64,000 nucleotides of DNA from Octopus vulgaris (Eukaryota): the NCBI GenBank assembly GCA_951406725.2, contig OX597833.1, positions 44,764,001 through 44,828,000 on the forward strand, given 5' to 3'. The notes under the pieces are model-generated. The model was not told the origin of the DNA. It saw only the letters and a list, made by a program, of their open reading frames with translations, and made no database searches. Positions 33,301 through 45,225 of this stretch are shown here, piece after piece. Each line of letters begins with the position of its first letter. Within the stretch, counting starts at the first letter, position 1. A program made the position numbers and the translations under genes.

Positions 33301-36300
33301 TTATTTTACTAAATTCTTCATCTATGAAGCAATTGCCCCAGCTCCCCTACAGGGTTGGCGAAAGCGATTTGGTGGACAACGAAAAACCTGGTTGATCTGG
33401 AACCCAACTTAGGTCCCCATATCTACGGTGTTTGCCACTGGAATAAGGAGTGGTTGGAGATCACGCGGTCGTTAGCCTCAAATCGCCAGGTCTGGTCGGC
33501 GTTTGTGAGAGATGCAGCACTGAGGATGAATGAAGCCAGCTCAACCCACCCTGGGTGAATGCTGTCTCAAGACAAGAAGATGATCCTCATATGCACAAAC
33601 ACAGCCAGAATGAAAGTTTATTTGTAGGTGTACAAGGAATAAAGCCTGTCAAACAGATAGAGAAAATGCCATTATAAAATGTAGTATGGATAGAGAGAGA
33701 GATGACAATATTATAGTGAAATGAGATGGATTTATGAAAGCAACTGCATTTGTCTTGTTTCAATTACATCTTCAAATTATTATGTTCCAAACACCAGCTT
33801 AACCCTTTTGATACCAACTCGGCTGAAACCGCTTCTGGCTCTGTAGTACAAATGTCTTGTTTTCATAAGTTTTGAATTAAAATCTTCTACCAAAATTTAG
33901 TCACAATTTATGTTCCTATCACTATCTGAATGATAACTAAGTTATTTTACTAAATTCTTTGTTATATTTAAAATTAATTAAAAGAAACACAGATCATCTC
34001 AAAATAAATACAGTAACGAAAGGGTTAATGATAACAGTCATTTTACTAAATTCTTCATTATTTTTTTTAAACATTATTTAAAAGAGCGGAAATGTATATC
34101 AACAAAAATATGGTAACAAGGATTAAAATACCAGTCAAATACTAGGGTGAAATTAAATATATCTACCCCCAAAATATTTGGTCTTTTGCCAGTGTTAGAA
34201 ATCAACGGCATTTAACATCTTTCCTCTTTGTATTTCTCTTTCTCTTTTACTTGTTTCAGTCATTTGACTAAGTGAGCAGGCCAACAGAAGAAAGAGTGAG
34301 AGAAAGTTGTGGCGAAAGAGTACAGCTGGGATCGCCACCACCCCCTGCCAGAGCCTCATGGAGCTTTAGGTGTTTTCGCCCAATAAACATTCACAACGCC
34401 CAATCTGGGAATCGAAACTGCGATCCTACGACCGCAAGTTCGCTGCCCTAACCACTGGGCCATTGTGCCTCCACACACACACACATATACTGTCTCTTCC
34501 CCACTCACCCAACCAAAAATAAAATCTAGATAGTTTTAGAATGCCTTTTGTCTAGATTACAGCTAAGCTGGTGCTAAACAACAACCACCTCGTCCCCATG
34601 TTTCTGTATCTTTCTGCCTTTTCACAGTATACAGTACTTTTTTCACTGGGCACATATGCATATGGCTGAAAATCTCCACATTTGTGTTATGTTGCATGAG
34701 CATATAAAGCATAGCCCTCACTTATTTCCATGTACCAACATTCAAGTAAGAAGTGCACAGTTGACATTTCCATCATGACCCATAATAGAATCACTGAGGA
34801 AGTTTAACCTTTACACTATTTTCCTGAATTTTTATTTCTAAATTAATGTAATGTATTTATACTCTGGTGAAGAACAAAGCAAGTCTTGTTCAATATGCTA
34901 GTCAATGGCATTTTAGAATAAATTTGTAAAATATTGAAATTGCACTTAGTTATTAAACCAGGGAATGGAAGTTTGGCTGCAATGGAAAACTTTTATGCAT
35001 TAGTTAATAGTAATAACAACATTCAGATATTAACCATATTTTTACAGGAGAATTTTCAGCAGAATTCTAGTTTAAGCACCCTACTCAACCCCTCATGGCT
35101 TTTTTGTTAGTTGGAATTTTCAGAAAAGTTTTGCTAATTTGTGTTCTACAGACAGGAATTCATACAATTACGGGAAAAAAACTTCTTTTAATCTTCTTAA
35201 CCTCGAAGTACTGAAGGATAACCTCAAAACATTGAACCTTTCAGGCAAGATGACAAAGGACCAAGATACCTGGTGCCTTGCTGTACTCAAGAAAACCCAT
35301 CATCTAAACGAAGTGCTTAGTGGTTATTTCATCTGCCGCTATGTTCTGAGTTCAAATTCCACCGAGGTCGATAAATTAAGTACCAGTTACACACTGGGGT
35401 CAATGTAATCGACTAAATCCCTTTGTCTGTTTTTGTTTGTCCCCTCTATGTTTTGCTCCTTGTGGGCAATAAAGAAATAAGAAACGTTAGCACGCCGGGC
35501 GAAATGCTTAGCAGTATTTCATCTGCGCTACATTCTGAGTTCAAATTCCGCCGAGGTCGACTTTGTCTTTTATCCTTTCGGGGACGATTAAATAAGTACC
35601 AGTTATGCACTGGGGTTGATATAGTCGACTTAATTTGTTTGTCTGTCCTTGTTTGTCCTCTCTATGTTCAGACCCTTGTGGGTAGTAAAGAAATAGGTGT
35701 TTCATCTGCACTAGGCTCTGAGTTCAAATTCCACTGAGGTCGACTTTGCCTTTCATCCTTTTGGGGTCGATAAATTAAGTACCAATTATGCACTGGGGTC
35801 GATGTAATCGACTTAATCCCTTTGTCTGTCCTTGTTGGTCCCCTCTATGTTTAGCCCCTTGTGGGCAATAAAGAAATAAGAAACATGCCAAATCAGACTG
35901 GAACCTGGTGCAGCCCTCCAGCTCACCAGTTTCAGTCAAACCATCTAACCCATGCCAGCATGGAAAGCAGATGCTAAATGATGATAATGATACGAAATGT
36001 AGGTATTCGTCAGTACTACAACTGTCTTGGCTCTTCTGGCTTTTTGTTTGGCAGCCATATATCTCTATGTCAGCTCAGCTGTAGGTCACAAGCTGATCTA
36101 ATCAATGAACTAGACTCGTGTCTTTAGTGGCATCCACCCTTTCCTTCTCTGATCCTTTTAAGATAAAATTTCTTTTCATTAATATGGAACAGTTATTAAC
36201 TAAGTCTTATCTTTGAAACTTATTGCATATATACATATAATAACATGTGTATTTGTGCATATGTCAATTGGTACTTAAATGTATTCTTTATTGTTTAAAT

Positions 36301-36497
36301 GTCTGCTGCTGTTAGTATCTATAGCTGAAGTTAATTGTTTCAGCTTTTGTTTTTACAGCCTATTGTCTTTCAAGCACTTTATTAAAATCAAGTTCAGTCA
36401 GTGCATATATTGAAGTTTGTTTTTTTATGATATGTGTGTGTGTACACACATATATATATATAATACTATACTTGTTGTGTTTTCATTTTTGGATTAG

Positions 36498-36551
<54 letters not shown>

Positions 36552-39500
36552 AATGCTCGTAGCTTAGTTTTTCCTTGGGGCTGGCTGGATCAGAGTGATC
36601 TCAAGATTAATCAGCCGAAATTGCAAGGATGATCCGGTTCTTGACTGAAGATTAGAGGCTTCGGATGACCCGTCCGTTTTTTGTGTCATCTCTTTGAGTG
36701 TTTTGCGTTCTTGTTCCATTTTGTATTTTCATATATATTTTTTATACATATAAATATATATATATATGATGATGATGATGATATATATATATTTTTTTAT
36801 CTTGCATTTTTAGGGATTCCATTTCGGAGAATGTCGTACCAGAAAAGAGATGTTGACTTGTCCGTAATACGCAAAACATTGCATTGCGATACACATGCTC
36901 TTGTTCAGCAACTTCAGCTACGAGGTACCTATTTTTTTTTTTTTTTTTTTTTTTAATATCAACCTTTCACTGCTCGTTAGACAGAATTCGTTTACAGTGA
37001 TTTTCTATGGTTGGATGTTTTTCCATTTCAGGAGGATTGGAAATGAAGGATACTGCATGTATGATCATGATGCATGTTTGAAATTGTCACATTCATGTTA
37101 TAAGTCATTGAATACAGTAACTTTCAACAAAGCCAAATTATTTTCGCAGGAGTGGCTGTGTGGTAAGTAGCTTGCTAACCAACCACATGGTTCCGGGTTC
37201 AGTCCCACTGCGTGGCACCTTGAGCAAGTGTCTTCTACTATAGCCCCGGGCCGACCAATGCCTTGTGAGTGGATTTGGTAGACGGAAACTGAAAGAAGCC
37301 TGTCATATATATGTATATATATTTGTGTGTCTGTGTTTGTCCCCCTAGCATTGCTTGACAACCGATGCTGGTGTGTTTATCTCCCCGTCACTTAGCGGTT
37401 CAGCAAAAGAGACCGATAGAATAAGTACTGAGCTTACAAAGAATAAGTCCCGGGGTCGATTTGCTCGACTATAGGCGGTGCTCCAGCATGGCCGCAGTCA
37501 AATGACTGAAACAAGTAAAAGAGAAAAGAGTATACAGACGTAAAGAGTATAAGGCGGAGAGCTGGCAGAAACGTTAGCACGCCGGGCGAAATGCGTAGCC
37601 GTATTTTGTCTGCCGTTACGTTCTGAGTTCAAATTCCGCCGAGGTCGACTTTGCCTTTCATCCTTTCGGGGTCGATTAAATAAGTACCAGTTACGCACTG
37701 GGGTCGATATAATCGACTTAATCTGTTTGTCTGTCCTTGTTTATCCTCTCTGTGTTTAGCCCCTTGTGGGTAGTAAAGAAATAAGTATACAGACAAAATC
37801 ATATTATAGATAAGATAGTAAAGGTATTATGTCCCTAAGTAAAAACATTATCTTATCTAAAGCTTTTCACCTAAATAAAAAGGAAAGTTATAGCTTTAAC
37901 ATACATTTTCTATTCTTACCTATAATGGATATGAGATAAGAAGCAATTTTGGGGCTTAGCTGCGGCAAGTATATTCACCTTTAAAATCAGTCGTTCACAC
38001 AGTTGGTCCTTGATACATAAAGTAACAATTATTAGTAACTAATTGATACTTTATTTTATCAATCTTAGAATGGCAAAATATGAAGTCGACCTGGTTGGAC
38101 TTGAACAAAGACCTCAGAGAGCATTTTGGTTTCTGCTCTACAATTTTCTACCAAAAACAAAAATATTTAATGAAATATATTGAATGATATATTGGTTTCA
38201 AATTTTGGCACAAGGCAAGCAGTTGTGACGGAGGGCCCCAGTGTTCAGCTTGTCCATATTTTACTGACCTTGAGAGGATGAAAGGCAAAGTCAAACTTGG
38301 CAGAATTTGAACTCAGAACATAAAGACAGACAAAAAGCCACTAAGCATTTTGCCTAGCATGCTAACAATTCTGCCAGCTCACCACCATATATATTGTATA
38401 ATATATTAGCAACTAACTAGGTGTCTGAGAAAAGCTGTTAATTGGATTACAATTTCCCAAAATATTAATTCCATTTTTGGAATGGCAAATTTTTTTTTTT
38501 TTTTTAATATTTCCATTTGCATTTTGTTTCAGTCTCTGCCACCAGCTATCTTATCCCTCAATTTGTACATAGTTTAAAACTGACAGGATTCAAACTAGAA
38601 GTTGTATTTGTTAAACTAAGTGTAGCAACCCTTATCTTCTTATCCATTAGGCTACTGATTGATGTATATATCCAGGAATACCTAATGAGTAGCATATATT
38701 AAATTAATTGGGCACGTAAAAAGTACCCACTACACTCGCGGAGTGGTTGGCATTAGGAAGGGCATCCAGCTGTAGAAACACTGCCAGATCAGACTGGAGC
38801 CTGGTGCAGCTCCTGGCTTCCCAGACCCCAGTCAAACCGTCCAACCTGTGCTAGCACAGAAAACGGACGTTAAACGATGATGATGATGATGAAGTCATTG
38901 GGTGCAGGCATGGCTGTGTGATTAAGAAGCTTGCTTTGCAATCACGTAGTTTTGGGTTCAGTCTCCACTGCATAGCACCTTCAGCAAATGTCTTCTACTA
39001 TAGCCCTAGGCCAATCAATGCCACATGAGTAAATTTGGTAAAGCAACTGGGTAGAAGCCCATCATTTAGATAGTTGCATACAGGAGTGCCAATCACTTAA
39101 AGTGGAACTTGTGGAAGAGGGAGACCCAGGAGGATGTGGGACAAATTACTGAAGGCCAATCTCAAGACACTAAGCCTTACGAAGGAAATGATTAAAAACT
39201 GAAATATCTGGTGCATTTCCAAACTCAAGAAGACCCGTCCACCATAGAAGAATTGATACCAGTACTGGTGCCACATTAAAAGCACCCAGTACACTCTGTG
39301 GGGTGTGTGGCATTAGAAAGGGCATCCACCTGTAGAAACCATGCCACACTAGACAATGGAGTGACTTTTGGGACACCCTGTATATTAGATAGGTTGTCAC
39401 ATTCCAAAACAGCTCTTATTCAGTTACTGTTTCCCCAGACAGACAGGAGAACTACATCTAGCTCAGGCACTCTATTTCTTGGCATAGTTTCTATGGCTGG

Positions 39501-42500
39501 ATGCTTTTTCTAATACCAACCACTTGACTGTACAGTTCAAGACATTAGTACTACAAAAGTTGTCATACTTTCAACTCTACTATAGTGTTCCCTTGACCTT
39601 ATATCGTCTCCTTGTATTTGCTAACTATTTTAGAGAGCATATTGGGTGCCTTTTATCATGGCACCAGCATTAGATAAATCACCTTGTACCTCACAAGGTT
39701 AAAGTGTTATTATTCTATGATGCCTCTTTATTCAAGGAAAGTAGGATATTTTTTTAATTGTTCTTATCTCCAAATATAGGTAAATAGTCTAGCTAAACAT
39801 GACTTATGGGGTAATGTTATCTATAAAACTGCTTCAGTCTATAAATATATGGATGAGATAAAGAAGGATTAAATATTATAAAAGGATCAAAAAAGGTAGC
39901 TATCAATTTGACATATTAACAAGGCGGTGAGCTGGTAGAATCGTTGGCACGCCGGGCAAAATGCTTTGCGGTATTTCGTTCTGAGTTCAAATTCCGCCGA
40001 GGTCGACTTTGCCTTTCATCCTTTCGGGGTCGATAAATTAAGTACCAGTTACGCACTGGGGTCGATGTAATCGACTTAATCCGTTTGTCCCCTCTGTGTT
40101 TAGCCCCTTGTGGGTAGTAAAGAAATATATTAACAAGGAAACTTGTCCAGTAGTTCAAATACCCCTCAAATCATTGCCTATTGTTTTTTAAAAGGGTGGT
40201 GGGGGCACAGTAGATAATATATTCCGAAATACATTACCTAACTGAATAAAGTATGTGATAAATACATCTTTCATCATAGATTTCTTCCATCAAAGTTGAC
40301 TTGGGCCTAATAATATTTATCAATGACGTTCTTTGTCTTGTCACCAAATTCTTGACCAAAAAAATTCATATAGTTAATCTTTCTGTGCAGCATCTGTCCA
40401 TGAGAAAAACATCTACATGTTTTACTATTTTCCACTGTGTCACTGACTTTAGTTTACTGTCACTTTCATTAAGGTAGCTTTGTAAAGAACTTTTTATCTT
40501 CTATCTATCAAAGTAAAATTGTGAAAATAGAATTGGAGGGAGCCTGTGGTAGAGGTAGACCCAAGACATGGGACAGGGTAGTGAAGCATGATCTTCGGAC
40601 TGTAGGCCTCACAGAGGCAATGACAAGTGACTAAGACCTTTGACAAAATGCTTTGCTTGAGAAGACCCGTTGAGTCAAGTGAAATTATAGTCGTGGTTGA
40701 TACTGATGTCCTGTAACTGGCACCTATGCTGGTGGCACATATAATAGCACCTTTCAAGTGTTGGGCTTCATAGAGGCAAGGACTGAGACCTTTGGCATTA
40801 TGTCATGATTGAGAAGACAGGAAATGACTAGAGACCGAGACCTTTGGAAGTATGCTGTGCATGAGAAGACCCGGCAGGACAAGTGAGACCATAACCCGTG
40901 GCCTCTACATGGGATGTAGCCAGTCCACTTATGCATACCTTTCCTTCTTGGGACACAAAACTCTACTTGTGAAGACCTGTTGAGGCAAGTGAAAATCGAA
41001 ATTGATCAACATCAATGGAAATTGCAGCTGTGATACCAGTGCCGGTGGCACGTAAGAGAACCATCCGAACGTGGCCGTTGCCAGCGCCGCCCCGACTGGC
41101 CTCGTGCCAGTGGCACGTAAAAAGCACCATCCGTTCGTGGTCATTGCCAGCCTCGTCTGGCCCCCATGCCGGTGGCACGTAAAAAGCACCATCCGATCGT
41201 GGCCGTTTGCCAGCCTCGTCTGGCACCTGTGCCGGCGGCACGTAAAAAGCACCCACTACACTCAGGGAGTGGTTGGCATTAGGAAGGGCATCCAGCTGTA
41301 GAAACATTGCCAGATCAGACTGGGCCTGGTGCAGCCTTCTGGCTTCCCAGACCCCAGTTGAACCGTTCAACCCATGCTAGCATGGAAAGCGGATGCTAAA
41401 CGATGTTGATGATGAGAAAACCCATCAAGCCAAGTAAAATCACAGTTGTGGCAGTGACATGTAAAATCACCTATTAGACTCCCTAAGTGGTTGGCATTAG
41501 GAAGGGCATCCAGCTATAGAAACCATGCCAAATCAGATTGGAGTCTGGTGCAGCCTTCCAGCCCTGATCAAACTATCCAACCCATGCCAGCATGGACAAC
41601 AGATGCTAAGTAATAATGATTTAAAGAGACCCTCTGAAGAACATAATCAATTGAGGTAACTGATGACCACTCACTTTGATTATTAAAAAAGTTGTTTATT
41701 TTATCAGCCTCATATGCAATTAGAGCAAACTACTTGCCACATAGCTACACCTGTGCCTATATATACTAGGGATGAGAGACACACACACGTGTTTATGTGT
41801 GTGTACATATACAAATGCCCACACAGAGCTTCTTTTTTTCCCTTTTAGTTCCTGTCTGACCAGATATCGCTCATATAGCTTTAGTCACACCGAGGCTGTA
41901 GCAAAAGCACTTACCCAATGTGATACCTTGTAGGACAACACCCAAAAACAGGTGGTTACAAAGTGAACTTCCAAACCACACTGCCTTGCCTGTAGATTAT
42001 ATCGTTATTTGTATTATTCTTTTACTTGTTTCAGTCATTTGAGTGTGGCCATGCTGGAGCACCGCCTTTAGTCGAGCAAATCGACCCCAGGACTTATTCA
42101 TTGTAAGCCTTGTACTTATTGTATCAGTCTCGTTAGCCAAACTGCTAAGTAACGGGGACATAAACACACCAGCATCGGTTGTCAAGCGAATTTGGGGGGA
42201 CAAACACAGACACACACACATATATACAACGGGCTTCTTTCAGTTTCTGTCTACCAAATTCACTCACAAGGCTTTGGTCGACCCGAGGCTATAGTAGAAG
42301 ACACTTGCCCAAGGTGCCACACAGAGGGACAGAACCCGGAACCATGTGGTGGGTAAGCAAGCTACTTACCACACAGCCACTCCTACGCCTATTAGAGAAT
42401 GATGAAAGGCAAAGTTGACTTTTGTGAGATTCCAATTCAAAGTATACCAACACACTATCAAACGAAATTCCATAAGATATACCTTGTCCATTACTTCAAT

Positions 42501-45187
42501 AGTGACCTGAACTTATATCAGTGTCATTCCACAGCTTGTAACAATGTAATGGCCACACAATGGAAATGAGGAAACAAATTAGGAGAGAAATACTTTTATA
42601 TGTTCGTTTACTTAAACAGCATGATTATTGTTAATATAGGCAGAAGCCCTTGGATTTGTAAAAGATGTATTTAGTAGTTATGTACTGAATACATCTGCTA
42701 CAAAAATATTTTTTCACCCTTATAATCAGAGAAAGACAGGTTGACTCTGATGGAAGGGAGAAGCTAAACACTTCAAATCTCTGCTATTTTCTGCTTTCTA
42801 AAGCATGAATAATTCAATGACTGGCGTCCGTGCTAGCGGGGTGCAAAGAGCACCATACGAGTGTGATCGTTGACAGAGCGGCTAACCAGCTTCTGTGCCA
42901 GTGTCACATAAAAAGCACCATTCGAGTGTGATCATTACCAGTGTCACCTTACTGGCACTTGTGCCCCATGCTAGTAGGGTGCTAAGAGCATCATCCGAGC
43001 GTGATCATTGCCAGAGCAGCTAACTGGCTTCCATGGCGGTGCCACGTTAAAGGCACCATTCGAGCGTTACCAGCGTCGCCTTACTGGCACTTGTGTCGGT
43101 GGCATGTGTATAAGCATTCAAGCGAGGTCGTTGCCAGTACCGCTTGATTGGCCCCTGTGCAGGTGACACGTAAAAAGCACCCACTACACTCTCGGAGTGG
43201 TTGGCATTAGGAAGAGCATCCAGCTGTAGAAACTCTGCCAAATCAAAACTGGAGCCTGGTGCAGCCATCTGGTTTGCCAGCCCTCGGTCAAATCGTCCAA
43301 CCCATACTAGCATGGAAAGCGGACGTTAAATGATGATGATGATGATGATGATATAAAAGGATATTAGTTGATATATTTTCAAGAAGGACAACTAAGCTGT
43401 TATGGGAATATTATTTAACTAGCTGATTCATGCCTCTAAGTCAAAATATACATATGGTTATAGTCAAAACAGAGGCAGTTATAATTTGAGTTAATCCAAA
43501 TCAATACTGATCATACATCATCATCATCATCATTTAACGTCCGCTTTCCATGCTAGCATGGGTTGGAAGGTTCAACTGAGGTCTGGGAAGCCCGAAGGCT
43601 GCACCAGGCCAGTCAGATCTGGCAGTGTTTCTACAGCTGGATGCCCTTCCTGACGCCAACCACTCCGTGAGTGTAGTGGGTGCTTTTTATGTGTCACCAA
43701 CACAGGTGCCAGACAAGGCTGGCGAACGGCCACGCTCGGATGGTGCTTTTTACATGCCACCAATACGGAGGCCAGGCAAGGCTGGCAACGGCCACGATCG
43801 GATGGTGTTTGTTATGTGCCACCAGCACGGAGGCCAGCCAATGCGGTGCTGGCTACGGCCACGTTCAGATGGTTCTCTTATGTGCCACCGGCACTGGTAC
43901 CACAACTACAAATTCCATTGATGTTGATCAATTTCGACTTGATTTTTTGATTTTCACTCGCCTCAACAGGTCTTCACAAGTAGAGTTATGTGTCCCAAGA
44001 AGGAGGAAAAAAAATTATTCATGAAAATACATGGCATTTTGCTAATTGTGCTTTATATTCAACAGGCTTCACCATTGAACAAGCTGAAGCTATCACCGAA
44101 GCTCTTGTCGAAGTAGTTAATATGACACTTGAACAACAATCTAAAGAGATGGTTACAAAAACACAACAGGTAAACTACTTTCAAAATTCTAACAAATTCT
44201 GAATAAACTGAATTTGCCCACCCATTCCCAAATTAAATCTGAAAAGGCTTCTTTTTTTTTCTGATATTGTACATCTTTGTGTATTAATATTTCAATTAAT
44301 TTTAATAGAATATTATTATAAAATAAAGGGAAAAAGAGACTTCATGTGTATTTCTTTTTCTTAACTAACCGTTATTACAAACTAATTTATTTAATCATTA
44401 ACTTTTTACAAGAAGTGCTCAATGAATTTAACTAATTCAAAGAATTACTAATTTAGTCCTTATTAATTCAGAATTTTAGTAAGTTCTGATTTAAATTCAC
44501 CCACACCTTCCCATATAAAATCTGAAAAGGTTTTCTTAATAATTTTCTACATTTTTGTATATTAATATTTCAATTAATTGGCAGAATTATTAACACAACA
44601 GGCAAAATTCTTAGCAGCATTTCATCCATCTGAGTTCAAATTCTGCCATGGTCAACTTTGTCTTTCATCTTTTCTGGGATAAGTGCCAGTTGAGCTGGGG
44701 CTGATGTAATCAACTTACTCCCATCCCTTAATTTACTGGCCTTGTGCCAAAATTTGAAAAATTTTAAGAGAACAAAATTATTACATCTACAATGGGAAGA
44801 GGTGACTTCCCTTATTTTCTTTTTTCCTGCCAGTTGTCTCAGAATCATCATTTAACATTGGTTGACCATGCTGTAATAGGTTGAATGGTTTGACCATTTT
44901 TTGTAATTGGTTGAATGGTTTGACCATGGTAGGGCTGGTAAGCTGGAAGACTACACCAGACTCCAGTCTGGTTTGGTATTGATTTCTTCCTAATACCAAC
45001 CACTCAAATATTGACAATCAATTATTAGAAACTAGATCTAATCATTAAATTTACAACGAATGTTCAATGGATTTAACTAATTCAAAGAATTACTAATTTG
45101 GTCCTGAGTAATTAAAATTTTTCCAAATATTTCTTTGGCTCTTTGCAGCCTTATAAAGTTTTCAATACTTTATTAAAGACCTAATAC

Positions 45188-45225
<38 letters not shown>

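Noticed and set aside
36590-36720. CTGAAGA / GCCGAAA motifs in a repeat shared with 20960-21075(-), possibly another hammerhead
   Set aside because: The core elements are in the wrong order and no helix II links CTGAAGA to a GAAA; at most a fragment of another repeat.
41039-41260. CRISPR-like repeat/spacer appearance of the GTGCCGGTGGCACGTAAAAAGCACC arrays (also 13874-14150 and 58398-58615)
   Set aside because: The apparent spacers are homologous to one another, the same array recurs in dispersed retroelement copies, the context is eukaryotic introns, and there are no cas genes.
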